Notes under the pieces: generated by a model | Told to the model about the DNA's origin: nothing | Databases searched by the model: none | Seen by the model: only the letters and a program-made list of their open reading frames with translations | Translations under genes and position numbers: made by a program | Virus record (IMG/VR): IMGVR_UViG_3300020172_001601 | Location: 248,001-312,000 of that record | DNA: 64,000 nt | Direction: 5' to 3' (one strand) | Shown here: piece after piece, positions 45,326-56,290 of the stretch | Layout of the letters: every line of letters starts with the position of its first letter | Position numbering within the stretch: the stretch's first letter is position 1

Positions 45326-45931
45326 CTAACCTTTTGATCGCTCGGCTTTGTTTAAGTAGTATGCCACCTTCTCCTCAATAGTGGCCCACATTCCTGGCTT
45401 GGCCCGGAACTCTTCCTCAATGACATCATGATCCCACCAATATGTCTTGTGAACTGGCACCTGAAGTTCCACATCCTGCACTTCTTCGTCTTCTGGAAAG
45501 ATTGCGTCATGTAAAGGCAACAAGTCTGGTGGTAGTCCAGCAACTTTCGTCAGTGTGTCGGCAATTAGACTTTGCCGCTTCAATTCACAATAGGCTTCTG
45601 GATTGGTCCTGTAGCCATTCATGGTATTGGGACTGTTCTCCTCGACAACCCACCCGATGGCAATCTTGCGAAACTTCTCTTCGACCGGAGGCACTTCAGT
45701 AGTTTCTTTGATGATTCGCTTTAAGACGATATGCTTGTCTGCATCCTTGAAGTATTCATCGTAGTCTTCGTTAGGTTTGCCAAAGTGCCGCTTGTCAAAT
45801 TCCCGTGGTGTGACTTGATTTGAGTAATCGCTATATGGAGATTCTGGCACTGAACCAATAGTGCCGCAACCATAAGAAGTCACAGTATTAGATGGCGGGA
45901 ACCCTTTTAATATTGCCATATCTTCTCCCAA
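45326..45931 (-). CDS. Hypothetical protein
   Basis: ORF converging on the array end. Confidence 0.65.
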   Translation of the reverse strand: MGEDMAILKGFPPSNTVTSYGCGTIGSVPESPYSDYSNQVTPREFDKRHFGKPNEDYDEYFKDADKHIVLKRIIKETTEVPPVEEKFRKIAIGWVVEENSPNTMNGYRTNPEAYCELKRQSLIADTLTKVAGLPPDLLPLHDAIFPEDEEVQDVELQVPVHKTYWWDHDVIEEEFRAKPGMWATIEEKVAYYLNKAERSKG

Positions 45932-45986
45932 GGTAGAGCAATGGCTGGGGAGAAGCCCCAGCCCTGCTATGCGAAAGCATTATCAA

Positions 45987-46679
45987 TTATCCTAACAAGT
46001 TGGCGATCTCTACTGCTGACACCATATTAACGATCTGGGCAGTCTGCTCCAGGCTCAATGACTCGGACAGATCGAGTGAGTCATGATAAGCTCGGTGAGC
46101 GGCATTAGCAGCGAACAAAGCCGGGTCATCCAGCATCACCGATGCCAAAACAGCATGGCAACAAGCGGTGTATTCGTGTTCCCTGGGAACATTCGTCCCC
46201 AATTGGGCAATTAGCTTTTCATTCACGGCATGGGCCGATTCCTTGGTCTGATCTTCCCCACGGAGATACTTCAAGGCCCACTCACGGAACAAGGGATTCA
46301 ACACCAAGTTCATGGCACAGAGAATTCCGAAGGTTACTCGCTGTTCGGTCGTGGGGAGCGTGATCGGAAGCTCATTGACCGTAGTGAGTTTGGCGAATTT
46401 GGTCCTGAACCCCTCATCACGAGTGAGATGTTCCCCAGCCGCCGTCCAAAGTTTCGGATTCTTGGTTCCCTCGTAACAGGGATACATATAGCAAGCGACT
46501 TGGGGGCTATTGTAAACGACAAAGTGATAATTGGAGTTTTCCTCCTCGTGGGTGACGTTAGCGCCCCACTGAATATCTCGCCAAGTCTTGTTGTCTTGAT
46601 CTGTAATCAGGTAAAACATGAAACTACCTATTCCCAATAGAAAAGATTGGACGATCTTATTCATCCTCTTCTCAGGCAT
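45987..46679 (-). CDS. Hypothetical protein
   Basis: 230-aa ORF; true start may be 46619. Confidence 0.65.
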   Translation of the reverse strand: MPEKRMNKIVQSFLLGIGSFMFYLITDQDNKTWRDIQWGANVTHEEENSNYHFVVYNSPQVACYMYPCYEGTKNPKLWTAAGEHLTRDEGFRTKFAKLTTVNELPITLPTTEQRVTFGILCAMNLVLNPLFREWALKYLRGEDQTKESAHAVNEKLIAQLGTNVPREHEYTACCHAVLASVMLDDPALFAANAAHRAYHDSLDLSESLSLEQTAQIVNMVSAVEIANLLG

Positions 46680-47262
46680 CTTTATTGTGTATTTAAGTGG
46701 GGCCGAAGAACGTACTCATCCCGATGAATACGTTATAAAATTCAATTCGCCCCTGCAACAACCGGATCACATCACCTGTGGTCCAACGTCTGCTGCCATG
46801 ATACTTCATCATTACGATATAAGAGTATCCCCAGACGAAGTAAAGAAACATAGCAAAACAGTTTGGTTTGCCCAAAACGGTAAAGATGTCGGCATGACTA
46901 GCCCGGATTACCTGCCCATCGCCATGAACAAGCTCGGTTTGCCCGCCACGATGAAATATGGCGATCTGGACGTACTAAAGCACTATGTTGCCAAAGACAA
47001 ACCCTGTATCGTATTGGTGCGAAGCGGCGAAGCTCTCTGGCATTATGTTGTTGTTTATGGCTTCACCCCGGAAAAACTCAATATCGCCGATCCAGGGAGC
47101 GGGACTTTATACGAAATGACTGAGAAAACATTCATCGGATGCTGGTCCTGGGCCACCGACATGGACGGAATTGCCTGCGGGAACAAATACCTTTGTACTC
47201 TATTACAAGCAATGGAGGTTTATCCCTATACCTTCATTTGCCCGGACAAGTCGCCGAACTAA
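46618..47262 (+). CDS. C39-like cysteine peptidase
   Basis: QQPDHITCGPTS (Q..C), HYVVVYG, IADP catalytic triad. Confidence 0.85.
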   Translation: MKLPIPNRKDWTILFILFSGIFIVYLSGAEERTHPDEYVIKFNSPLQQPDHITCGPTSAAMILHHYDIRVSPDEVKKHSKTVWFAQNGKDVGMTSPDYLPIAMNKLGLPATMKYGDLDVLKHYVAKDKPCIVLVRSGEALWHYVVVYGFTPEKLNIADPGSGTLYEMTEKTFIGCWSWATDMDGIACGNKYLCTLLQAMEVYPYTFICPDKSPN

Positions 47263-47273
47263 AGGAACAATAT

Positions 47274-48281
47274 ATGGGTGACAGCAGAATCAAACTCTTG
47301 ATCGTTGCAATTATTCTCATGCTGGGAATTGGCTATGCTTACAAGCAAAAACGACATGACACACCCATTATTCAAGAACAGCCCACGCTGCCAATCCCCA
47401 CTCCACCGGAAACACCCCCGGAAAAGCCTCCACAACCACCGCCAGAGATTAAATCCGTAGAACCTCAGTTTGATCCCTGGCCGAAAGTCCGCAATGTACA
47501 AAATACGGCCCTGGGGAAAATCCTCCAAGATATTGATTCCCATATGCCTGCCGGACACCAATATTCCGATGGCAACAAAGTAACCTGGGCGCACGAAACC
47601 ACCCACGGCATCAATAGCAATATCCGCAACAAACAACAAGCATTGGAATTTGAAAACAAAACCAAAAAGATAGCCAACGGCTTCTATTGTCTGCAAGATC
47701 GGGCCTGCGTCATCTATGAACCCAAAACAACGATCCGGGCTATTGCCCCCAAGGTTCCCCAGGCTCTCCGAGGACCAAGTTATCAGTTGTATCTGGTACA
47801 ACAAGCAGGGGACTGGAATGATCGACCGCTTTATCTCTTTGATGAGTGGATTGCCTATACCAATGGTAGTGAAACAGGCAGAGAACTGAATCACCAGGGT
47901 TGGTATTACGAATTGCTCCAGGCACATAACTTCAATGTGTATTGCATGTATCTGGCCATGACCGTCAAGAAGACTTGCCCGGAATACGATGACAAACAAA
48001 TGAAGGCATTCATGATGTGGAACATCGAGCGTACCTTCCGGTTGGCCGCACCCTTTGAGAAGCGAGCAGTTATGCAATCTGAACCAGAGGAAGTCGGCAA
48101 TATATTGAAGAAACACTTGCACCACCATGATATTCCACATGGCGGGGACGATAATGATCCGATTACCAGTGCCTTGGGATATGTCGAAAAGGTGAGAACC
48201 CTACCCGAAGCGGAAGAACTCAGGAAGTTCGCCAGGGACTATTTCGGGGCCGACTGGTGCAAGAAGGTCTATGGATTCTAA
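47274..48281 (+). CDS. Membrane-anchored zinc metallopeptidase-like protein
   Basis: N-terminal TM, Pro-rich linker, AHETTHG plus downstream DEW. Confidence 0.6.
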   Translation: MGDSRIKLLIVAIILMLGIGYAYKQKRHDTPIIQEQPTLPIPTPPETPPEKPPQPPPEIKSVEPQFDPWPKVRNVQNTALGKILQDIDSHMPAGHQYSDGNKVTWAHETTHGINSNIRNKQQALEFENKTKKIANGFYCLQDRACVIYEPKTTIRAIAPKVPQALRGPSYQLYLVQQAGDWNDRPLYLFDEWIAYTNGSETGRELNHQGWYYELLQAHNFNVYCMYLAMTVKKTCPEYDDKQMKAFMMWNIERTFRLAAPFEKRAVMQSEPEEVGNILKKHLHHHDIPHGGDDNDPITSALGYVEKVRTLPEAEELRKFARDYFGADWCKKVYGF

Positions 48282-48323
48282 CCAGATGACTACATATGGT
48301 TGCCCCAATTAGGAAGCCACCTT

Positions 48324-49199
48324 ATGCCGAAGCTAACCAGAGAACAAAGCGAAGAGATCGCCAAGTGTGCCGCAGACTTTCCCTATTTCTGCGAGCAGTA
48401 TGTAAAGATATACGTTACCAAGGGTGCTAACACGGAAATACAGCCGTTTAAGCTGCATCCTTATCAGGTACGTTTATATGAGCATGTAGAGGATAATCGC
48501 TTCTCCATATTCAGTAAATTCCGACAGGGCGGCTTTACGACGGAGTTAGCGATTTATGGACTCTGGAAGTGCTTATTCCGATTGGATCAGCGGGTATTGT
48601 GGTTATCTCAATCAGATCGTGCGTCACAGGATGTTTGTGATCGGATCGTGAAGCGAGTCATTGACCATTTGCCGGAATGGATGAAGGGCAATGTCATGAA
48701 GATGACGAATTCCCATCAGAAGTCCTTTCCTGATACGGACAGTGCGATGCAGTTCTATACACCGGAAGCAGCGTGTGGTAAGTCAGTCAGTTTATTGATT
48801 GTAGACGAAGCCAGTTTCATCAAGGATATGACTAAGCATTGGAAAGCCATGTGGCCTTGTTTGAGTACGGGCGGCAGTGCCATTGTATTGAGTACCCCCA
48901 ATTATGATGACGATTGGTTCTGGCAGACGATGGAGGATGCAGCCCTGAAGTTGAATTCATTTGCCATTTATCGCTGCAACTATAAGGAGCGGCCAGAACA
49001 TTGCGATCCCCAATGGGAGATGGATGCCAAGAACAATCTCGGTCAGAAGGGATGGGAAGTCGAGTACGAGCAGAAACCTATGGAAAGGGTGCAGATCGAG
49101 AAGACCTCCAGGAAGCCCTCCAAGAAGCTGTGGCGGTCTATTTGGGATGAATGGGATAGTTCGTCGTCTTTAGATGAGAGGGGCTTAGAAGGGCAATGA
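48324..49199 (+). CDS. Terminase large subunit ATPase domain only (T4 gp17-like)
   Basis: FKLHPYQ, KFRQGGFTT, LIVDEASFI, STGG...LSTPN; no C-terminal nuclease domain. Confidence 0.75.
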   Translation: MPKLTREQSEEIAKCAADFPYFCEQYVKIYVTKGANTEIQPFKLHPYQVRLYEHVEDNRFSIFSKFRQGGFTTELAIYGLWKCLFRLDQRVLWLSQSDRASQDVCDRIVKRVIDHLPEWMKGNVMKMTNSHQKSFPDTDSAMQFYTPEAACGKSVSLLIVDEASFIKDMTKHWKAMWPCLSTGGSAIVLSTPNYDDDWFWQTMEDAALKLNSFAIYRCNYKERPEHCDPQWEMDAKNNLGQKGWEVEYEQKPMERVQIEKTSRKPSKKLWRSIWDEWDSSSSLDERGLEGQ

Positions 49200-49420
49200 G
49201 AGATCGTAGGAGGCTGGATCAATTCCTTCATGTCAAAGAGACGATAAAAAGACTAGAGGCGTCGAGGCGACGGTATCGTTCGATGAACTTCGCCAACTTG
49301 CAGGCTTTGATTGTACTGTTGGGCAGAGTATTAGAGGGAGCTTCGCCGGGGCGATACACGGCGATGGTGAAGTCGATCATGAACGAGCATACAACCGATG
49401 AGGATGTAAGATGGCATTAA
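49196..49420 (+). CDS. Hypothetical protein
   Basis: ATGA overlap. Confidence 0.5.
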   Translation: MRDRRRLDQFLHVKETIKRLEASRRRYRSMNFANLQALIVLLGRVLEGASPGRYTAMVKSIMNEHTTDEDVRWH

Positions 49421-49531
49421 GGTATTAAGGTATTAAGTGCGGCCCAGATGTATGTAATGGGGCAAAAATATTTAATACGTCTACCCCGATAGGACACCCG
49501 TGATTTAATAGGGTATCCCTTAACGGGTATA

Positions 49532-49795
49532 TCAAGCCTGAAAATCGACGTTTGTTACATATCCACCTTGTTCTTCCACTTCAAAGTTGTAGTCGAACGG
49601 ATCATTGCCATCTGAGAAATACTTCAATTCATCCGGGTGGGCTTTGAAGTATTTGACAACAACTTTGCGCATAGATGTAAACAAGTCGTCAATAGGATTT
49701 AACTTATGTCCGACGAACTTCAGTAACATTCCATTGATAGCACGGGTAGCAAGCCTCTTGCCTCTACGATTTGTCCAATAATTGATTGCTGGCAT
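49532..49795 (-). CDS. Hypothetical protein
   Basis: GGAG RBS. Confidence 0.6.
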   Translation of the reverse strand: MPAINYWTNRRGKRLATRAINGMLLKFVGHKLNPIDDLFTSMRKVVVKYFKAHPDELKYFSDGNDPFDYNFEVEEQGGYVTNVDFQA

Positions 49796-49871
49796 ATTAC
49801 TCCGAAAACGAAAAAGGCCCGATAAGCTATTTAAGCCTTATCGGGCCTTTGTTTTTCGGAATGTTGCCAGA

Positions 49872-50204
49872 CTACGAGAACTTGCGGTCGGCGAACTCCT
49901 GCGCCTTGTCGAATCGTTCTTTCGAGATGTGTTTCGTGAACTTCTTCTTCTGCATCAGTTCAAAAACAGCCTCCAATTGATCGAAGCTGACTGGCTTGGA
50001 GAAGTGAACCTTCTCTTCACCCTCAAGCCTGCCGATGTAGGCTAAGACTTCTGACGTATGTGGATCGGTCAACTTCACCACATTGTCGCCGAACCCCGAA
50101 AGGTCATTGCGAGTGGTCGGGGTTTCGGTCACGGCTTTCTTCGGCACGAATTCTCTCCTATCATTGAGGAACGGATCACCAAGGCGGGGTCCAGTCATCA
50201 TCAA
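49872..50204 (-). CDS. Hypothetical protein
   Basis: Part of the minus-strand operon. Confidence 0.6.
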   Translation of the reverse strand: MMMTGPRLGDPFLNDRREFVPKKAVTETPTTRNDLSGFGDNVVKLTDPHTSEVLAYIGRLEGEEKVHFSKPVSFDQLEAVFELMQKKKFTKHISKERFDKAQEFADRKFS

Positions 50205-50543
50205 TGGTCCGATGACTTGGTTTTTTCTTGGCTGGTTTGTTGTTCTTTTGGTTTATCTGATCCTCAATTTTCTTGAGGACTATCTTGGCTGTCAGTTTTA
50301 CTGGATTCGTCGGGATTGGCAAGACCATCCACTTCGTTGATGTTTTTTTCTTCTTGCTTATCATGACGTTTCCTTCTTCCGTCTCTACCATTGAGAGCAG
50401 AAGATTCCGCTGACCCATAGTCGAACTCACCAGGGTCAGCGGACAAGTCTTTCAAGAAGCGTCGAAGTTTTCGCTTTCCTGTTTTTTTGACCTCTTGCTT
50501 CAGCTTTCGATAAAATCGCTTGTCGTCCATACCTTATTTAGTC

Positions 50544-51311
50544 TCAGCCCAGCTTGTCTTCGTCCTTCCAAGCCGAGTCAGAAATCTTCTTGAGAATATC
50601 GGCGACACCTTCGTAGATCATACGACCGATGCGACGAAGCGGGTCGTTGAGCAGAGTCCAGAACAAGGACGGTGGCCAATACACAATCCATGCGGTAATG
50701 CGTGCCTTGAACTTATCTGGAGTCGGCTTTTCAATGCTGATCCGGCGACCAAACCAATCCGAAAAGGTAGATTCCTGTTGATAGGACTTCCAATACGGAA
50801 GAAGGGCTTCGGTCATAACGCCATTGGAGGCCGTCCATGCGTTCAATTCTTCAGTGGCCCTGTCAATAGCTTGTTGATATTCGGGGTTGAGTGAATTGCC
50901 GTTGGCGGTATCACGCTTGGAGCGTTCCGTGTTGTTTTGGATAGTATACTTCAAATCGGTAATGTGACGCTGCCAAGCTGCGAGCCAAGTCTGCTTCTGC
51001 TCCCGGTTGTTGTCACGAACATCCCGAACGAACCACCACCATTTTCCGATATACGGAGAAATGACGTAGAGCGTACCGAATAGGAAATAACCAAGAACAC
51101 CCGCCACAGTATAGGTGGGATTGTTATAAACCCACCGGACCAAATCCCCCAGGCCGGAGCCGCCGAAAATCACCAAGCCCAGCACGAGCAATAGGGAGAA
51201 GGGCGCTGCCAAATATCGTTCACGTTCCAGAAAGTATATCAGGAAAATGAATTCGATGGCGATCAACGCCCAAAACCAAAAAGTACCCACCACAAACAGT
51301 TCAAAAAGCAT
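50544..51311 (-). CDS. Multi-pass membrane protein
   Basis: Three N-terminal TM segments and a C-terminal hydrophobic WP segment. Confidence 0.7.
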   Translation of the reverse strand: MLFELFVVGTFWFWALIAIEFIFLIYFLERERYLAAPFSLLLVLGLVIFGGSGLGDLVRWVYNNPTYTVAGVLGYFLFGTLYVISPYIGKWWWFVRDVRDNNREQKQTWLAAWQRHITDLKYTIQNNTERSKRDTANGNSLNPEYQQAIDRATEELNAWTASNGVMTEALLPYWKSYQQESTFSDWFGRRISIEKPTPDKFKARITAWIVYWPPSLFWTLLNDPLRRIGRMIYEGVADILKKISDSAWKDEDKLG

Positions 51312-51330
51312 TTCTTCTTCTTCCTTCTTC

Positions 51331-51699
51331 TTACTGGACGACTTGGACAACACCACGAAGCACGAGCGGTTGGGCCAACGGCGTCCAATTGGTCAACTCA
51401 TTGCTGTGCTTCGCTTTACCCCCGCCGTTCACATTGACGGCCACGGTAATATGTTTAATCTTGTTATTGCTGGGGACCATTGATGCAACGCCCACAGCAA
51501 ATACACGTTTATCCTGGCCAACAGTTGTGGCTGTAACCACGAATTCCTGCCCAATCAAATCAGCAGCGGGTCCGGCCTCGGCGTTACCAAGGTTGATCGT
51601 CATGTGATGAGCAATTATCTGCCAATCACTTGGCACAACGAATTGTGCCACTAATTTGGCATGAGATTCTGCATCAAGAACTAAGGCAGTGTATGTCAT
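51331..51699 (-). CDS. 2H phosphoesterase (RNA 2',3'-cyclic phosphodiesterase-like)
   Basis: Two HxT motifs: HHMTI and KHITV. Confidence 0.75.
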   Translation of the reverse strand: MTYTALVLDAESHAKLVAQFVVPSDWQIIAHHMTINLGNAEAGPAADLIGQEFVVTATTVGQDKRVFAVGVASMVPSNNKIKHITVAVNVNGGGKAKHSNELTNWTPLAQPLVLRGVVQVVQ

Positions 51700-52415
51700 T
51701 CCTTCTCTCTCTTTTGGCGAGCAATATTGTCCAGTGCTTCTTCAATAGCCCCTGGAACTGCCCCGGCGAAATTGACTGGCTCGCCATTGGCTTTTTGTTC
51801 AATGGCTCGCTTCTGAATGCAAGGTACGCAAATCAGATTGGCTTTGGGATTTTCCGCAAGGAACTTTTGGCTGGTAGGTGCCAGATGAATTTCGATACCA
51901 CAAGTTCCGCAGTGTTTAACGACACATCCTTCAGCGACATTCGAGGGATTCCACAATCCCATCTGGACGGTCATGCAGCCGATATAAATCTCGTCTTCCT
52001 TCGTTTCATCGGTCACGATCATCGTCCTCATAGGGCAAGTAGTCGTAATTATCCCGATAACTACGTCTAGTTTGATTTTGATATTGTTCGATGGTTGTAT
52101 TGGCGGCACGGAGCCGAGCCTGAAGCGAAGCGACCAATGCCTCAAGTTCCTTGATCCGTGCTTCCTTTGCTGCGTCGTTTTCGCTCATATACCTTCATGT
52201 TCTTGAATTGAAGGGTTTCGTTGCCTTGTTCGTCCGACTCTCGTTCGATAAAGACTTGCTTGGCAACGGGTTGCGGAGGCTCCCACATGGAAACGCTCCA
52301 AGGTTCCTCTATTGAACGAGCTTTAAGTTTCCTACGACGCTTCTTCATCTTGACTCACCATTCTACCACGAAAAAGCAGACTTGTAAAATGTCTGCCTGA
52401 AACCTAAATAATCCC

Positions 52416-52775
52416 ATGACGACCTTCCGTGATTTCATAGAGACAGCAGCAACTCCGGTTTACTATCGGTATATTCATCGAAACGGCCTGGGGCTGATGA
52501 ACAATCAGGGGTTGAATCGCAGTCGTTTGAACGATGACGAAGAAGCAGAATTGGTTGATTTGATGGATTTTGGTTTGCGACAACCCATTCAAGTCCCCAA
52601 TGATGCAATATTCGCATTTACCGAAGAAGGCAAAAGACGCCATTTGCGTCTAATCAATCTTTTGAAAAAAGCATCCATTTACGGAGTCACGATGCAAAAA
52701 TTACCGGGTGTTAATTATCAGGTGATTTGGGATAGTGGCGATGGTCAAGTTGGACTACGGCCTATTTCTTCCTGA
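52416..52775 (+). CDS. Hypothetical protein with N-terminal TFRDFIE
   Basis: Preceded by CTAAATA, a late-promoter-like element. Confidence 0.6.
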   Translation: MTTFRDFIETAATPVYYRYIHRNGLGLMNNQGLNRSRLNDDEEAELVDLMDFGLRQPIQVPNDAIFAFTEEGKRRHLRLINLLKKASIYGVTMQKLPGVNYQVIWDSGDGQVGLRPISS

Positions 52776-53241
52776 AATCCCAGGGCGGGACGGGATGTTT
52801 ATCGGCCCACAGGCCCAGCTTATGGCTTTTGGCGTATTCTTGTGCCTCGGCCATTTCCGGTGAATGAGAATAATCCGTATAGTGCCATGCCCAGCCTTCC
52901 TCGATCATTTCCTTGTTGATGTACCTGCCATTCAAATAGACCTTGCCGATAACTCGACCATATCGGTCTTTTTTGGTCCATTCCACTTTGACGTATTTGC
53001 CGAATATTTTCTCGCTGAGTGCTTCTTTGGCTTTGGTTCCGAATGGCTGTTTCTTTTCGGGACAGTCGATTTCGGCCAAGCGAACCTTCATTTGAGTTTT
53101 GTCAGGCTGCAATACTGTGATGGTATCGCCATCGGATATGCCTACAACATTCCCTGGGTCGGAAATAGAAAGACATATCCAAATCACTGGAATGAACGAA
53201 AGTATGGCAAGAACATAAACCGTCTTATACAGTTTGCTCAT
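52762..53241 (-). CDS. Thermonuclease (SNase family)
   Basis: DGDTI, VRLAEIDCPE, QPFG, DRYGR, GLW. Confidence 0.92.
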   Translation of the reverse strand: MSKLYKTVYVLAILSFIPVIWICLSISDPGNVVGISDGDTITVLQPDKTQMKVRLAEIDCPEKKQPFGTKAKEALSEKIFGKYVKVEWTKKDRYGRVIGKVYLNGRYINKEMIEEGWAWHYTDYSHSPEMAEAQEYAKSHKLGLWADKHPVPPWDFRKK

Positions 53242-54341
53242 TAGTTGATCCTAACGAAATCACGGCGTCCACATTGAACGACTTGCCCTGATTGCAGCAA
53301 CAATTGTTCATCAAAGACTTTGGTGCCGTCTACTTTGACGGCTCCATCTTTAAGTCTTTGTCGGGCAGCGGTTTTCGAGATATTGCAACAGGCAACTACG
53401 GCACTCAATAGCGAAGAGGCCGGTAGTGTAGGAATATCTGGAGGCAGTTCTTTGTTCTGCACGGTCTTGAGGAAGTGTTCCTGAGCCGCCTGAGCGACTT
53501 GTAGTGTGTGTAGTTGATTCACGATCTCGACGGCAAGAATCTTCTTCTTGTCCATCGGATGAATATCCTCGACTGTGAAATCTACAAATAAAGGGAACCA
53601 TTCCTGCATGACGGCATCAGGAATAGACATGACCTTCCCAAATACGTCATTAGGGTCTTCATCGAAGAAGATGCAGTTGTCCAGGCTCTTGCTCATCTTT
53701 CTGCCATCTGTGCCATTGATGATGGGCATCATGATGCAAGACTGAGGTTTCTGTCCGTTGGCTTCTTGTAGATGCCGGGCGACTTGAAAGTTAAACAATT
53801 GATCCTGCCCGCCGATTTCGATTTCAGATCGGAGGGCAACACTATCCCAGCCTTGGCAGATAGGGACCAAGAGTTCGTGCATACCAATAGATTGCTGATT
53901 GGCAATACGATCTTGGAAGGCGTTACGGCTGGTCATGTGCGAGAGTGTGAACTTTGCCACCTGTTTCATAAAGGTGGGAAGTGTCATCTGATTATGCAGC
54001 CAACCATTTTTACATATGGTCCATTTTCCTGGGGATTCTGGCCCGAAGTTATCGTTGCCAAGTATTTGCTTGATTTGCACGAAGATGGATTCGGCGTTGG
54101 CTTCAACATCATCTTCAGCCAATATTGGCCGGGTTGTATCACGACCAGAAGGGTCGCCGAGTTGGGCTGTGAAAGTTCCCAATACGATTGTGAGTTGATG
54201 CCCTTCTTGCATCATCTTTTTGGCGAGACGTAGCGGCACAAGATGCCCCAAATGCAAACGGGGGAAGGTCGGGTCGATCCCAAACTTCACCCGTTTGCAA
54301 GGGGGCAAATCGGCATTTTCAGGAAATACTTGAAAAGCCAT
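53241..54341 (-). CDS. tyrS: Tyrosyl-tRNA synthetase
   Basis: GIDPT, HLGH, GGQDQ, KMSKS and a C-terminal S4-like domain. Confidence 0.93.
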   Translation of the reverse strand: MAFQVFPENADLPPCKRVKFGIDPTFPRLHLGHLVPLRLAKKMMQEGHQLTIVLGTFTAQLGDPSGRDTTRPILAEDDVEANAESIFVQIKQILGNDNFGPESPGKWTICKNGWLHNQMTLPTFMKQVAKFTLSHMTSRNAFQDRIANQQSIGMHELLVPICQGWDSVALRSEIEIGGQDQLFNFQVARHLQEANGQKPQSCIMMPIINGTDGRKMSKSLDNCIFFDEDPNDVFGKVMSIPDAVMQEWFPLFVDFTVEDIHPMDKKKILAVEIVNQLHTLQVAQAAQEHFLKTVQNKELPPDIPTLPASSLLSAVVACCNISKTAARQRLKDGAVKVDGTKVFDEQLLLQSGQVVQCGRRDFVRIN

Positions 54342-54350
54342 GACTATTGC

Positions 54351-54920
54351 TCACACTAAATCTTTCAGGGACAAACCCGCTGCTCTTGCCTTCTGAATGA
54401 AGGCAGTGACCTTCACAGCAAAGGCGTCATAGTGGGCCATCAGTTCTTCAGGGATCACGTCGAAAATATCATCGCAGGCATTCTCGGCATAATCGGCGAT
54501 GACCCCATTGAGGGTAGCAACTTGACTCTTGGTCAAGTTATGGTCTTTCATCAGTTTCGCTTCAAATCTATGACTGAAGAGATCATCTTCAGTCACTTCG
54601 CCGTCATAGGCAAAGATGTTGGTGTAGGTGTCATCTTGGCCCAGGTTTGGCCCTTCGGTATTGATGGTGAATCGAATTGGAAGCACCAATTCAAAGGTGG
54701 ATTTCCGGGCCAGCTTCTTGCCTTCTTTTCCGAGAGCCAGGAATTCCTTCTTGAAGGAATCCAGTTCACCGGACGCTTTGAGGGCTTTGACAGCCGCCTT
54801 GGTTTCTTTTTCACCTTGTTCGATTGCCCTAGTTCTGGCCTCTACGACCAGTGCTTCGAGTTGCGCAGTAGACAATCCAGTGAGATCAACGCCACTTGCC
54901 ACGGGTTTTGTTTTCGCCAT
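54351..54920 (-). CDS. Hypothetical protein
   Basis: 189-aa ORF in operon. Confidence 0.65.
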   Translation of the reverse strand: MAKTKPVASGVDLTGLSTAQLEALVVEARTRAIEQGEKETKAAVKALKASGELDSFKKEFLALGKEGKKLARKSTFELVLPIRFTINTEGPNLGQDDTYTNIFAYDGEVTEDDLFSHRFEAKLMKDHNLTKSQVATLNGVIADYAENACDDIFDVIPEELMAHYDAFAVKVTAFIQKARAAGLSLKDLV

Positions 54921-54925
54921 TGGAC

Positions 54926-55318
54926 TTAGAGTTCCTTTTGGAATAGAGACACTTGCTTAGTCTTGACACGATCCATCCAGACCATCTGGACAGGATTCGC
55001 TTCAATAGTAAGCTCAACAACTACTTCGCCGACTTTGGTTTCAATTCCATTGACGGTTGCGAACAACCGCACATAGGAGTTGTCGGCGGCGAGTTCGAGT
55101 CGAAGCGGCTGGCCATCAGAAGTGGCCTTATCGCCCTCGATGACCATTACCAGATTGCCATCTGGTTCAAACCCGTTGCCATCCGGGTCGGTAATTTCAA
55201 CGACTTTCCATTTGCCCTGAATATCCGTGATGGAAGAAATCGTCCTCACAGTGGGTTTTTCAGGGGCGCAGCCAGATACGAGCAGGGCCAAAACAAGGCA
55301 CGAAAAAGCCTTCCACAT
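54926..55318 (-). CDS. Lipoprotein
   Basis: LVSGC lipobox; downstream of a TTTACA-type promoter. Confidence 0.7.
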   Translation of the reverse strand: MWKAFSCLVLALLVSGCAPEKPTVRTISSITDIQGKWKVVEITDPDGNGFEPDGNLVMVIEGDKATSDGQPLRLELAADNSYVRLFATVNGIETKVGEVVVELTIEANPVQMVWMDRVKTKQVSLFQKEL

Positions 55319-55678
55319 GATCTTTCTCCCGAATGAAGGAGACAGAATATACCACAGGGACCGGCATTTTGTAAAGTCGATTTCGTCACTCTGGACTGCC
55401 GTAGTATGGATACGGACAGATTTTGGTTTCGTGATATAGAATCAGTTTGTTCTTGGCTGAATTGAGAACATCGAGAACGAACGAATATGCCCGATGACTT
55501 TTTTCGTCCGTGCAATTATCGAGCAAAAATTTGATGCGATCACAAACGAAATATATTTCAGCAATTTCTTTTATTCGACAAAAGCCTGAGTCTGTGGTTA
55601 TTTCAATGCAACCTGTTTTGTATTCGACTTTCATATAGTTGCTCAATCATTCCGAATGGGAAGGTCATATATAACAGC

Positions 55679-56290
55679 ATGTACGATGAGTTGCAAGGCT
55701 TTAAGAAGTTTCTGATTGAAAGTGAACTCGCTCCGGTAAGTCGGGATGCGGGCCATGCCGAACTTGCACGTCTGGAGCGAGGGCATTATTTCTTTGTTTT
55801 GCCCACCGATCATAAGCTCGCTGGATATTTCATGCAGGGACACCTGATGAAAGCCAGCTTCATGAATTCTACATCGGCAGACGAATCTGATATTGGAAAA
55901 GCAATTACAAAATTGACACCAGAAAAAGACACCCTATTGATTGTCTGTTTCCCCAAACGATGGGAGAAGAAATTGGGACGTGGCAAAAACGTCAAAGAAT
56001 TGTTTGCCAATATGTTTGGTTCGCATGGAAAATCTGCTCAATATGTTTGGGGCATATATTCACATTGGAATCCACGGCTTGAAGATCATGACGAGGGACA
56101 TTTCTTCCGTAATCCAAAATATCATGCCAGCGACAGCTTATTGGACAAGTGGTTGGAAAAGCATCCAGCCGTTAAAGAGAAGCCCGCAGTGCCGTTAAAT
56201 CGCCAACCAAGAGTAATGGGACACCATTTATTGGATCAAGGCCGTCCTTCATTTCACGGTTGGAAAGAACCGGAATTACCGAGCAGCTAG
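55679..56290 (+). CDS. Hypothetical protein with N-terminal GFKKFLIE
   Basis: 203-aa ORF. Confidence 0.6.
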   Translation: MYDELQGFKKFLIESELAPVSRDAGHAELARLERGHYFFVLPTDHKLAGYFMQGHLMKASFMNSTSADESDIGKAITKLTPEKDTLLIVCFPKRWEKKLGRGKNVKELFANMFGSHGKSAQYVWGIYSHWNPRLEDHDEGHFFRNPKYHASDSLLDKWLEKHPAVKEKPAVPLNRQPRVMGHHLLDQGRPSFHGWKEPELPSS

